DNA of 63,808 bases, filler included, from Saprolegnia diclina VS20 (Eukaryota): the NCBI RefSeq assembly GCF_000281045.1. It is 8 parts of 5 records of this genome, joined end to end, with 100 filler letters (N's around TTAATTAATTAA, not from the genome) between each part and the next. Parts side by side here need not be neighbours in the genome. Positions count along the whole stretch, not along the records: positions 24,836 to 55,840 come from NW_008246196.1; 7 more parts are not named here. One strand, given 5' to 3'. The position numbers were made by a program, and so were the translations under genes. The notes beneath the pieces are model-generated. The model ran no database searches and was not told the DNA's origin. It saw only the letters and a list, made by a program, of their open reading frames with translations. This document shows positions 34,405-46,473 of this stretch, piece by piece; positions within the stretch are counted from its first letter, which is position 1; the number at the start of each line of letters is the position of its first letter.

Positions 34405-35715
34405 TTACTTGGTCAAAGTGCGTGCAACAAGCACCATGCAGAGCAGCGCGAGCAGCATGAGACCCCAATTGAGGCCGAGCTGGAGCATCAAGCCCGCGCC
34501 GGCGACGTCGACCTTCCACGAGATGGCCCCGCCCGCGCTCTGGAAGGCCTTGTACAGCCCTACGATGCGCGCGAGCTCGGACGCGTCGTTGGTGAGCGCG
34601 CCAATCATCCAGTAGACATACGTCTGAAAGGTCGCGTCGAGGAAGCCGTAGAGCAGGTACACCACCATTGGGAACGCAGCATTTGCGTCAGTAAAGTCGA
34701 GCAGCGCTTGCGTCGACGTCCGCGTATACGTCGACTGGACGCCTGCGCCCAGCGCCCACGTGAGCACACAGAGCGCCGTGAGCACGTACAAGCCGACGCG
34801 GGCTCGTTTCGCTCGTGACCAAAACTCAACGTCGAGGAGTTTGGTGCCAAAGACGTATGCGCCGAGCATCTCCATTGCCCAGTAGAGAGCGTTGTTGAGG
34901 CCCCGCGTGCGGAGCGTAAAGAGCTTTCCGTTGACGTCGTTGAACTGGTAGGCGTAAAAGAAGTTCGAGTAAAACGCCGCGGGGAGCAAGCAGAGCACGC
35001 GCGGATCACGGAGCGCCGAGAGCAGACCGCGGAGCTCTATGAGCGGCGACGTAGCGGTCGTGGGGTACGCGACGAGCGAGTGGTCGGAGCGTGTGACGCG
35101 GTGCGGGCGCCGCAGCAATAGCGCTAGCAGCGCCCCGAGCACCATGATAGCCATAAAGCCAATGTACGTGGCGTCGTTCACGGTCGACGCGGTCGAGTGA
35201 AAGTTGCAGCCAAAGGGAATAAAGCCGCCGAGGACCCCGCCGAGGTTGAAGACGATCCAGAAGCTCGAGATGAACTTGCCTTTTTCGTGCTCGCTTGGGT
35301 ACGCCAGCATCATGGCGCCTTGCGCGGTCCAGAGTAGCGATGCGCCCACACCGAGGAGGCCGCCTGCAAATACGACGAGCGTCGACGAGCCATGGACGTT
35401 GTAGTGGAGGAGCGACCCGACATAGAGCGCGTACGTGAGGCCGCCGAGGAGGATGCAGGGTTTGGGCCCGAGCAAGTTGTGCAATGAGCCCGCGACGAAC
35501 GAGAAGAGTGCAAAGCACGCGTAGAGCGCAACGTTGGCGTTGGATGCGACCGACGTGTCGAGCTGGCCGCCGCCGCCGAGGCCGTTGAGCGCATTGAACA
35601 TACCGGGGCACGCAAAGCAGATGACGCCTAGCAGCAAGATCTCTCGAAAGGCTGTGGCCCGGGGCGGCGGCGCCTCCAGTTCGAACGACGTGTGTTTGGG
35701 ACTCTCGCTCATCAT
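34405..35715 (-). CDS. UNC-93-like MFS transporter
   Basis: CFACPGMFNALNGLGGGG, GASLLWTAQG.MMLAYP.EHEKGKFI, SNFFYAYQFN...FTLRTRGLN, GLYKAFQSAG.A; ~12 hydrophobic segments. Confidence 0.9.
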   Translation of the reverse strand: MMSESPKHTSFELEAPPPRATAFREILLLGVICFACPGMFNALNGLGGGGQLDTSVASNANVALYACFALFSFVAGSLHNLLGPKPCILLGGLTYALYVGSLLHYNVHGSSTLVVFAGGLLGVGASLLWTAQGAMMLAYPSEHEKGKFISSFWIVFNLGGVLGGFIPFGCNFHSTASTVNDATYIGFMAIMVLGALLALLLRRPHRVTRSDHSLVAYPTTATSPLIELRGLLSALRDPRVLCLLPAAFYSNFFYAYQFNDVNGKLFTLRTRGLNNALYWAMEMLGAYVFGTKLLDVEFWSRAKRARVGLYVLTALCVLTWALGAGVQSTYTRTSTQALLDFTDANAAFPMVVYLLYGFLDATFQTYVYWMIGALTNDASELARIVGLYKAFQSAGGAISWKVDVAGAGLMLQLGLNWGLMLLALLCMVLVARTLTK

Positions 35716-36352
35716 CTCGTGTTTGTCCAAGTATTTGCCTGTGATCGGCAATGGACGAGGAGGAAGCGAGGCCTGCGACAGACGGGACGTTACTGTTCCG
35801 AGTCCAAACAGCTGGTTGCCGTTACCCACTTCTTGGTGGCCGTCGATTCCGCGGCCATGGTCCCTCTTCCCTCTGTGCTGTTCTCTGAAGCAAACTTCTC
35901 GCGCTCGAACGCTGACCGAGGGAATATATGTACGAGCCCATAGTATCTCTGAGCTCTTGCCGGACTCGGCGCTCGATATGAGACTGCGAGCCTTGCCCAT
36001 CGGCGGCGATTATCAATCCCATGGCACATTAGCGCCGTGCTGCGAGTCGGTCCTCCTAAGTTTGGGTGCGTGCTGTGTTTGTGGCTTCGACTCTCGCTCC
36101 GAGTCCGCTCAGCTGAGTAATGTTAGCCCTCATGCATAAAGATATCAGGGATGAGTTAACGCGTCCTATCAGGAATCGTGGTGTTGTTTAATCGAACCAA
36201 ATGAAAGAAATGATGAAATGTTGCGATCTGGGCTGCTCTGAAAGAAGTATTTTTTCCTGCTCTGCGTCTCCGGAGAGAAGAGACAACACGGACATAGCAC
36301 CGAATCGGGATGTTTTACGCGTTGTATTCATGCAGTCACTAGTGCGCGGTCT

Positions 36353-38210
36353 CTACGCGCTCGACGCTTGGTTTGGCGGGTGCTCGGCCGACGGCGGGAT
36401 CGGTCCATCAAAGATTCGCTTGTACAAGTTGTACAAGAGGAGCACTAGACTCGCGTTCAGCATTCTCATTGTCTGCAATTTGCGTGTACCTTTGCTCTTG
36501 CCGTTCGTGTCATTCGTGGGCAAGCGCTCGCCAAAGAGCTCTAGTGCCAGCATATCAATACAAGCGAGCGTCTCGTGCGCGACGTACTTCGTTCGTCAAT
36601 GAGCTCGTGCAGGCCATTGCCATGTCCACAGACGCATGGCATGGTGTTCTCGACGTGCTTGTTGTTGCCGCGATCGCGCGACCGCAGGTGCCGTGCAGGT
36701 GGCGCACACTCGGGTGCTGGCATCTACGAAAAGAGGCTGTCATGTCTGCATCTTATCGCCACGGGCGTATGTACCCGAGAGAGCTTGTAGAGTCCGCAAC
36801 GACCGTCGCGACAGACGGTGCACTTGCCGCGAAGGTCGTTGTCGCCATCCCGGCGAAAGATGACTTGGCCCAGCACGTCTACAGAGTTGGAAGGTTGGAT
36901 CCAAGCCGTGTCTATCGCCGTGGGCTACCGTAGGGCACACCGCGGAACGAGTGGTGGTCTAAAATCCGGTCGACGTTGTGGCGGGTGTACGCTGCACAGA
37001 GGTTGAGGAGCGACGGCGGCGAGAGCGGCCCAACGTGGATCGAGTAGAGGTCGTGAAGGCGGTCCGTGCCGTCGTAGCCACCGAGAAGGTACATGCGGTT
37101 CGTGACGACGACCGCGCGATGGAACGTGCGGCTGCTCGGCACGTACCCGCTCGTGTACACTTCGCTCCACGTGTTGGTCACTAGGCAGCGGACATTGCCA
37201 CATTGACAATGCAAAGAGTGGGCGTACGGAGGTCCAAGCGCTGGAGGTCGTTGAAGCGCGAGTGGGCCTTGTCGACGCCGCCAAAGACAAACATGCTGTC
37301 TTCGTAAATGACCGCTGTGTGGCGATACCGGTGCGGCGGGCTCTTCCCCGTCGTCTTCATGACGGCCCACACGCCGGTCTCGAGGTGGAACTCGTACAAA
37401 TCGTCCAGCGTGTCGCGGCCGTCCCAGCCGCCAAAGATGACGAGCCGCTTCGAGGCTTCGTGCACTGCGCCCGAGTGGCCGAATCGACCGGACGGGATCT
37501 GCCCCGTCGCGTCCATCTTGAGCCAGCGCTTCTCGAGGAGCTCGTAGCGGTACATGTTGTTGAAGCGGCTCGACCCGTTGTAGCCGCCGAAAATATATAT
37601 ATTCGACGCGTGCAGCACCATGATGTGGTCCGTGCGCGACTCGGGCTTGACGATCGAGAGGTTGGGCATCTCGCTCCACTTGCGCGTCTCTAGACGCATC
37701 CTTGTCAGCATCGCATGCAGTGCATCACCGTACCAAAGTTGAAGAAGAAGAGGTCGTTAAAGTAGTTGCCGTCCCGCCCATCGTAGCCGCCAAAGATGTA
37801 CATGTTGTTCTCGTGGACGACGCCGAGCGCGCCCGACCGCCGAGGCGGCAGCGTTCCATTGACGTCCACCTGCGACCACATGCACGACTCTACAAGCATT
37901 TGTGTGAGCGGTGCATTCGCCGACGTGGCGTACCAATGTCGAACTGGAAGAGGTCTTGCTGCCTTCGCCGCCGGTCCGTGCCACCAAAGACATACAATGT
38001 CGCGCCTGCATCGCGTGAGCTCGCCGCCATGGCCATGCCCGCATGTACCGTAGGAGACGACGGTATGGCCTGTCCGCGGGCTGTAGCCTTCGCCGAGCGT
38101 CTCGATGCGCTCCCAGCGGCGCTCGTCTACCAGGCGCATGTGGCCATGAGGCCGCGCCTGCGGCAGGTCGACGTACCGATGTACTCGGGCTCGGGTTCGA
38201 AGAGCTGCAT
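36353..38210 (-). CDS. Kelch-repeat protein with BC-box-like motif and Cys/His-rich C-terminus (KLHDC/LZTR1-like), multi-exon
   Basis: Six kelch blades (PRTGHT, IFGGYDG, IFGGYNG, IFGGWDG, VFGGVD, LLGGYDG), then PPSLLNLCAAY, then CTVCRDGRC and CVCGHGNGLH. Start MQLFEPEPEY; stop after PNQASSA. Confidence 0.8.
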
Positions 38211-39100
38211 GTTCCTCTCCTAGGTCGACGGAAGCAAAGTGAATGGAGCGTCGGTCGCGGCTGCTTAACCTTCTTCGCCACGCGACGCCTGGAACAACTC
38301 GCCGGTTTCCCAGAACAAATCCGGATAAAGATCGCGCCCAACTTCGACGCTTCTACTTCGATGTCCTTTGCACGCGTGTTATGGAAGCCGTGCACGGCTG
38401 CGCATGGTGCGATGCGTACCCCGAGTGTCACCCTCATCGTGTGCATTGCTTCTTGCATTTGGATAGCGCCGAACTTGCGACGTACTGCGTGGAATATTGC
38501 GTCTTTCAGGATGCACTGTCTGAATGGACATGGGAAGCGCATAATGATGGCCATTGTTGAGGAACGACCTTGGCTCAATGAGATACAAGTTGTATCGAGA
38601 GCGAGCATCAGCTGTGCGTACCATGCGAGCGTGGATAAACCGACAAACAAGGAAAGCAAGGACAGTTGAAGGTCGTGGCCGCAGCTGCGAACTTCGCTAT
38701 CCGGATAAAATAATCGCTCTAAGCTTCGAACTTTTGTTGGGGCGCTTGCAGTCTCGATGCTCACGGCGATGCCACGTCAGTTGTCTTTTGCGCGACGACC
38801 AACTACGCCCATCGAATGGCATGCGAGCTGCATCAAGGCGCTCTTCGCTAGGTGGTCGTCGTATCGTCGTCGTCGTCGGTGGTTTCGGGCGACCTTTCAG
38901 CTGCCACTGAGCCCGACCAATCTCGCCCGCATTCAATGCACTCGAATATAATGGTCGAGGACACTCATTCTCGCTGGTGCTGATACTGTACATGGGTTCA
39001 ATGACCTCGATGCTCGATGCGTTCATCGAGACAAACACGTTTGCGGAACCGCAAGCGGTAACTCTAATAGTAATACACTGCGCAATTATTTCAGCGATAC

Positions 39101-40615
39101 CTACAAGTGGGGTCGTTTCAAGCCGCGGAGGTACGCTTCGATTTCAGGCGTTCCTTCGTCCAGAGCCCGTGCGGTATACCCTTCTCGCCGAAAGGTCGCG
39201 AGGAACTTGACCATCTCAAAGTGGCCCATGCGCGCGGCACCGTCAATCGCCGCGGTCGTGCAGCCTTCGCGCCGGTGAACATGGAGGAATCGAACCACGT
39301 CCAAGTGGTTATGTCGCGCGGCCGTGTCCATGGCCGCCGTCGTGCAGCCCTCCATGCGGTTTTCGTGCAGATAAACCACGGTCGCCAAATTGCCGTTGGC
39401 CGCCGCGCCGTCCATTGCGCGAGCCGTCATGATGCCATTGCGGTGCTGTAGCAAAAGCTGCAGCATCTCCACCGAGCCGTGGGTTGCGACCATATCCAGT
39501 GTGTCGCGCTCGCATGCTTCGTCCGTGTTAACGAGGAGCCACGCCACAACCTGCAGACGCCCACGACAGGCGGCACGGTGCAAAAGCGGCTGCGATCGGT
39601 ACGGCAAAAGCACGATGCTGAGCTCGTCCTGGCCCGCATCGATTGCACAAAGCAGGATTGCGTTATCGCGCGGCCAATGCGACAACGGAGCCTCGCCAAG
39701 GGACTCCAGCAGCTTCACGCGCCCATGTCGCACCGCGTGCTCGATGACCTTTTCGCGGTCGGCGAGGCGGCAAAGGCCCAAGAGAGAATAAACCGCACCC
39801 GTCTGCCCGGCGCGAACCGCTGCTTCGAGGACGCCATCGATGGGAAACGATCGAGACGCGACCTCACTACTTTGGTCGGAATCACACTGAGGATGCCAAG
39901 CTGCGTGCACAAAGTCAAGCACGTCGTGGAAGCCGGCAGCCGCCGCGTCCGCGAGCGCGCGCTCGTCGCACGCAAGCGGCATGTTCCTCGTCACGTGCTG
40001 GAGGACGTGGAGCTGCCCGGACGCAATGGCCGTGTCAAGCACGGACGGACGTACCGTCGTTCCATAGTCTTCTAGCAATGTCATCACGTCGATATTACCT
40101 CGGCACGCGGCCACATGCATCGCAGCGATGCGATCGGACTCATACGTCGTTTCAAGCAGCGCCTTGGTGAGAACGCAGTTGTTGTTGTACGCTGCCACCT
40201 CGAGCGCGCGCAGAATATAGTGCTTCGGCACTTCTGGGCTTCGATCGAGCACCGTTGCGAGCAGCGTTGGGTCTTGGACGTAGCTCGCATATACCAAAAG
40301 CGCACCAGCAACATCGTCATGCAGAAGCAGTCGGTGGACGCTTGTGACGGCCTGTGCACGTTGGAGGCACGGGATCCACGTAAAAAGGCGCGAGAAGGCG
40401 ATGGCCGCGTCACCGTCGCATGCAAAGCCCTTCCACTGGGTAGCAAAGTGTAGCGCCGTTGCCGCGAGATGCGGACGGTACGGGAATGGCGCTCGGCGGA
40501 ACGCACCGCCCTCGCGCAGCTGCGCGACGAGGCGCTGCGTGTCGTGGTCGTAACCGTCTTGGTACGCCGTGATGCGGCGGAGAAACGCAGCGGTTGCGAC
40601 GACGCGCCTGGCCAT
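39101..40615 (-). CDS. Ankyrin-repeat protein of the oomycete-expanded EGCTTxAMD type
   Basis: AMDGAAANGNLATVVYLHENRMEGCTTAAMDTAARHNHLDVVRFLHVHRREGCTT. Confidence 0.9.
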   Translation of the reverse strand: MARRVVATAAFLRRITAYQDGYDHDTQRLVAQLREGGAFRRAPFPYRPHLAATALHFATQWKGFACDGDAAIAFSRLFTWIPCLQRAQAVTSVHRLLLHDDVAGALLVYASYVQDPTLLATVLDRSPEVPKHYILRALEVAAYNNNCVLTKALLETTYESDRIAAMHVAACRGNIDVMTLLEDYGTTVRPSVLDTAIASGQLHVLQHVTRNMPLACDERALADAAAAGFHDVLDFVHAAWHPQCDSDQSSEVASRSFPIDGVLEAAVRAGQTGAVYSLLGLCRLADREKVIEHAVRHGRVKLLESLGEAPLSHWPRDNAILLCAIDAGQDELSIVLLPYRSQPLLHRAACRGRLQVVAWLLVNTDEACERDTLDMVATHGSVEMLQLLLQHRNGIMTARAMDGAAANGNLATVVYLHENRMEGCTTAAMDTAARHNHLDVVRFLHVHRREGCTTAAIDGAARMGHFEMVKFLATFRREGYTARALDEGTPEIEAYLRGLKRPHL

Positions 40616-41061
40616 GCTCGATCGAAAAGGCAAGTGCCAATGGTGTCGAGTTGGTTTGTGATGACGATTGCACGACCATCACTCTGATTCGTCGTTGGGT
40701 TGTTGACACAGTGTTTGAGACAGGATGTGAACCAGTGTTCACAGCCGTCGAGGCTCATAATGTTGCTGAGAACAAACGGTCTCGAGAAAGACTGCAACCC
40801 ACAACAAATTCAAGTCGTTAGTTTTGGATCGATAGATATGATGACACCGACATGCGAGCAGCTCGTGCGCAAGAGCAATCGTGGTACTCGAAGTACAAAC
40901 GCTGTATTAAACACCGTACTAGAAACACTGTATTCACGACGCCACGGATGTTAAGCAAGGTTGACAGAAGCTTGCACGCTCTAGTAGTAGACTTGACTCG
41001 ATTGATTATAGTACATTACATAGATAGCCGATAGACATACTTGGGAGCGAGACTTGAGGTG

Positions 41062-42255
41062 TTACGATGCTTCGTACTCGAACGTAAAGAGTGCTGTCCA
41101 GGCGTCGTCGGGCATGGCCATATCGCACCGGCTAATGTCATGGAACCGTTGCTTTCGGACATGCTCGGGGCCGTCGCCGAGGTCGCGCTTGAGCACTGCG
41201 GCCTCTTCTGCCCACGTCACGGGCTTCTTATTGGATAAGAAGGACGAAATCGTCCAGACAACCCGGAGCCGCGTGCGGTTGGGGCCAACTGGTTCGAGTA
41301 CATGCCTAGTTGGCGGTATCAGCGCACCGATGCATGCAAGAGAGGGATACCAAAACATGCGGTTGCGCAGGTAGTGGCTCTCGGGGAGGAGTGCGTCTTC
41401 GTGAATGTTGCCCGACACAAATATAATGCGATCGCTGGTGGCGTCGGCCGGAAATTCTCGTGTGAGGAGCACATCGGTACGCTTCTCGGAGAGCACGACC
41501 CGCCGGTACATCATCTTGCTTGGCGCGACTTGATCCAAAAGCTACAAGATCGTATAGATATAGGAATGCGGCAGGGTTGATTGGTGTATACCTCTTGGTC
41601 GAGCATTTCAATGGGAAACGGCGACGTGTCGGAGCGCAGCTTTTTCCAAATCGGCAAGCGGATGCCGGCGTATACGTCTTGTATCGGCAGCTCGTACTCG
41701 TGCTGGTAGCTCCAGACAAAATGGAAGATTTCGTCGTCGCCTTCGACGACATGAAGGCAGTTGGTACCGCCACTCGGGGGAAAGTTGCACTGGGCAAAGA
41801 ACCCGTCCATATTGTTGCGCAGGTGGAGAGTGTACCAGTCGAATCCCATCTTGCGCGACGCTCGGTCCGCCGACAAGCTCGTGCGACTCCAGCCGAGCGA
41901 CTCTGGCAGCATCGACTAGCATGTTTTAGCCGCAGCGATGGCGCGCAAGGAGTACCTGGATCGAAGGCTGCGTCATTGAAGCGACCCATTTGGTCATTGT
42001 AGCGATGATCTGGTCCATCTCGTAGCGCTTGTCCTTGAGCGCACGGTTGGAGGCGCTGGCTTCGTCGCGCGCGGCCGCCAGCGCCGAGCAGACGTCGTCC
42101 CAGCCCAAGGGCGCCGTGAGCTTGTGGACGGTGATGATGGTCTGAAGGCGCGTCGCCTGGTCGATGAGGTCTTCCTTGGTCGCCACAAGTCGCTTCCGGT
42201 ACCGCTGGACCTTGGCCGTGTTGCGCAGCGTGCGGGACGTCTGGGGCTCGGCCAT
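41062..42255 (-). CDS. Oomycete bZIP-like/M96-like hypothetical protein, paralogue 2 (multi-exon)
   Basis: RNTAKVQRYRKR basic region, LGWDDV, TSLSADRASRKMGFDWYT, FVSGNIHEDALLP...RNRMFW. Confidence 0.7.
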
Positions 42256-43838
42256 GCTGTCTGCGAAATTGCGAATTTACCCGTGTGCCCGTACCACGGG
42301 TGACCAACACTCCAGTATACGGTGTAAAGGCCGATTGACGTCAAACCGATTAACGTGATAGCTAAACCATTCGGTTAAACAGAGCACAGTCCAGAGACGC
42401 CACATCGAGTCATCGAGGTGTGTATCTACATCTTTGCCGATTGGATTCGGACGTCACGTACATAGAGACGCGATATACCATTGCACGTCTTGGATGCTAC
42501 GACGGTAATTGCGCAGTCGAGCAGGAGTGTATGCAAGCACCGAAATGTAGCAGCACGTGAGACTGGTTCGTATCGAAACCCTGGTGTACATGTAGTTTAA
42601 ACCTGTTTGACGCACACTACGTACCATCTGCTCCTTGAACCCATCTCGAGTGTCCGGGCTGCCGTGCCACAGCACCCTTTGCACATTCTACGAGTAGCAG
42701 ACCTGACGATACTGGTACTACATGTGTTGGATCGACTATTGTCTTCCTGATCGATGCTAGTCAGTGGATGCTAGGAGTGCCATCGAACGGCATCGTCAGG
42801 TGTCGAATGATATTTGGTGGTTGCGTGGTGCACCAGTAAACCGGTGCTTGAGAGTGTGAACCGCTGGCTGCACTTGGCCGTTTCTGGTCTGGATATGCTG
42901 ACTCAATTCTGGGGTTGGTGGCAGGTGCGTTATTTCTAGGTCGTTCTTCTAGCCTTATTAGTCTCGTGGTACAGCTCTGTACGGTTGGCGTCTTCGAGAT
43001 CGCGCTTGAGATCATCTCGACGTTCCCAATTCACATTGCTTGTCGTGACTTATCTCAACCCGTGTCTCACTCATCAAAGCAAGAACGAATGCGCACGTTC
43101 CACGCCCAGGAACCCAAGTCGATGGACGGGCGTTTGGCGTTTGTGGTTGACGTCGACCGATTTCTTTGCCACTTGATTGAGCCCACCAATATATTGAAGC
43201 AAGGACGAGAGAGGACAAGAACGTTGCCGGGAAAATGTATGAATGTGTGTTCAAGCCAGGGCCCCAAGCACATAGTGCTGTATCAGTAACCAAATAAGTG
43301 CTAAGCCGAGAGCAGCGACGCGCTGCACCAACTTATAAGTGTTAACGCTTGTGTGTAGTCATTTATTACGGGTAGCCGGTAATCAGAGCTGAATTGGACA
43401 ATGTAGAAATGGATCGAGAGCTCGAATCGACAGCCGGTTCCCAATTGGAATCTGTGGAAGTCGACTGTCGTCTTGATGCGCCGACGTCGTTGCGCACGGC
43501 ACCTCTCCATGACCGTCCGTAGCGTGCTCCTGCCTGCGACCAGTTCATTTTGTGAGGTGATACATAAAGGTATCTCAGGTGGTCGCGTGCCTCTTTGCTT
43601 TGTGCACATGACCGCTGAATGTTGAAGTTGCATGTCGGTATGTGTTATCGCACCGGATGGTGCCGGATACGAGTCCGACAAGAATAGAAATACCTTAAAT
43701 CAGACCACGTTCCCGTGACCGCTTTTACATACGACGCTACTATTGCCATATAAATACTAGGTTTAAAATGCATCCAGTCCTTTCTGCGCGGTCACTGGAC
43801 GGCGGTACGAACAAATGCTGCTGCCAATTTGCAATCAC

Positions 43839-45063
43839 ATGCGTCGGCCCGTGGACCCCGCCGAGCGCAAGCGCCGGAAGCGCATCTACAACCGCCAGAA
43901 GCAGCAGATCTACCGCCAGAACACGCTCGACGAGATCCGCGCGCTGCAGGCGCTCGTGCCCGAGCTCGAGACGCAGCTCCACGCACTGCTTCAGCAGCGC
44001 CCACCCTCGACCTGCTTACCGTGGCGCGACGTGGCCTTAGCACTGCACGACGGCACGGAAACTAGCCACGCCGACAATGCAGAGCTTATAGTCAAGAAGT
44101 CGACCAACCGTGCGCTTCTGAGCGCAATGGTCACGTGGGTCGCGACGCAGCGCGGCCTTGCGGTAGCTGCACGCTCGTAGACGAAAGCTCATGCATCTCG
44201 TGGTAGGCGATACCACAATGTTCGACGCCGTCGTGGCGCCATGTGACGCTTCTCGCAGCGCTAGACGCACGGAAACTGGGCGTCGACTGGATCACGCAGC
44301 ACGTCTTACACAACACAGACCGGATCCTCGCCCAGTACAGGCTGCCCGACAGCGCCGACGTCCCTGGCGCACTCCACCTCGAAGGCATACAAAACGAGTG
44401 CATGCAGTACACGATCGTGGACCAGAAGACGTACACGGCGTCGCTCACGGCGCACGCGGCGTTTGTCCGCGCCAAGCTCTCGGGCTGGCTGCACGGCAAC
44501 CTTGTGGGCCATCGCGATGCCCTCGACCTCCTCGACGCCACAGTACGTTGTCGTCGCTTTGCTTTCAGTCCATCCCATGCGTGTATAGCTCGTCCACGAT
44601 GTTGACCCGCGGCTGCTCTACATCCACAGCCAGAGCGTTGCGCAGGGCTCGAGCTACTATATGCTCTTCCGCGAGTGCCATGTATCGGAGTCGCGCGTCG
44701 TCTTTGTCGGGCAAAACATCCACGACGACGAAGCGCTGCCGATGCAAGCGCTCACTTGCAATCGCACGTTTTGGTACGTCGACTTGGCGGATAAAACCTC
44801 TCTCAAGAGCGCGTAGGGTGGTGCTGGACCGACGCGACGACGGCCGCGTCACACAGCGCATGGTGCTGCAGCGGTCACAACACTTTACAAAAAATGGGTT
44901 TGTGTCGCTCGACGAAGAGGCGCAACTGTGGGGCTGCGACCTTCGCAGCTGTACGACCGACGACCAGAAAGCAGCGCGCTTCCAGAGGGATCTCACAGCG
45001 CTCCAGACGAAAATGCACCGATCGGCGTGGGGCCACCCCGTGCAGTTGATAGCGTCGCCCTAA
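43839..45063 (+). CDS. Oomycete bZIP-like/M96-like hypothetical protein, paralogue 3 (multi-exon)
   Basis: RKRRKRIYNRQKQQIYRQ followed by Leu heptads, LPWRDVALAL, TLLAALDARKLGVDWITQHVLHNTDRI, FVGQNIHDDEALP. Confidence 0.7.
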
Positions 45064-46473
45064 TGCAATCTCGATGTGTTGTTGACTATGAGAACGTGGC
45101 TTCCGGGGCTCCTGAATACCTTCTTCTGTCCAACGCCAGTGAACGTCCTCGTCATCATGTGTTAATGAATGCTCTGCTAGCACTAGCGTGGGAAGCGGTG
45201 TAGTTGCCGTCGACTCTCTGGAGCGCATTAGGGTAGTGCCGAGTGTCGGCTGAGAAGAGGCCGTTTGGATCTTGTCACCAATGCCTGCAGCCTCGAGAGA
45301 TATGCATGTATGACATTTCAAGTCCTTGAAGTGATATCTGACATGTTGGTCAGCACAAAGCCTTCGATCAGGGGCTCTTCGTAAGCTGTTGACACGCACT
45401 GGAGACTTCGTTCCACCATGAACTTGATCCCACTAACGCTTTGAAGAGCCATGAAAGTTGATGCCGAGGTTAGAGTCTTCCTTTACGACTCATAAAGGAG
45501 GACTATTACTGTCAACAGTAGTAATTATGAGGTTGACAGTTGACATCAAGGGCTCATTCAGGTTATCGGCGTTGGTTGTCTTGGACGGCTAGCTAACTAT
45601 TCCAGCTCGCTACACGAGCATCTCGCCCGAGTCGGGCGGGTATCATACTCTAGAATCCATATCCTGGGCGTCGTTTGCATCCATTTTGCAGCCGCATACG
45701 GGCTTCTCTTTGGCACCACACCAGGCACTCGACCCGAAGATGGTTGACAACCGCAGCTCTAGAACAAAGACGAAAGGACAGCGGTTCCTAGGTACGTGTA
45801 TGTCAGGACGTGTTGAGACACATGGGAATGTTGCATTATCATCCTCAGCCAGCACCTTCCCGCATCGTGTATAACGGGGTGCGCAGAAGCACAGGTTGAT
45901 GTGTAATATCAGATCCGGCGCAGTGACCATGATACGATGGTACACTCGGCAAACTGCGACTGAAGGATGCTGTGCTGGCCATCAATACCACTGCGCCCAG
46001 TCTTGCATTATGCAGCCGGGATGGCAACAGTCCCACGCCGCACGTACGTTGACGAACCAAGCGCTTCTGCAGAACGTATTCACATCGTTCGGACGTCGGT
46101 GGAGTGGCAAAATGCACCTTGTAATGCCACCGAGCAAACGGAATCATCAGACATTGCCTTCCGCGGTCCCGTTCGTTGTGACGTGGCGCGCGTGGGACAG
46201 GTCCAGTCCATGAAGGCATTTCTCCCATATGTCTCAAATAATGTAAATGGACCTATAGTATCTCAATTTCGAGAAGCAAGTATGATCATTTTATCTGTAG
46301 TGAGACATTAATGGGAATATCGACGTCTCGCACCGTGGCTTCGCGGAATCTGGTGTGGAAACAGCTTGGCATTCGAAGAACCGGCCATCAACCTCCGCCT
46401 GAGCCCAACGCATGGAGAACCTCTGCCACGCGCTCGAGCCATTCGTGATTCGCCCCGCTTTCCTTCAGGCACA

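Noticed and set aside
42300..43800. Short ORFs in the lower-GC intergenic tract (similar tracts at 45100-46400, 49050-49700 and 54060-55100)
   Set aside because: They lack the codon bias of real genes here and show no domains.
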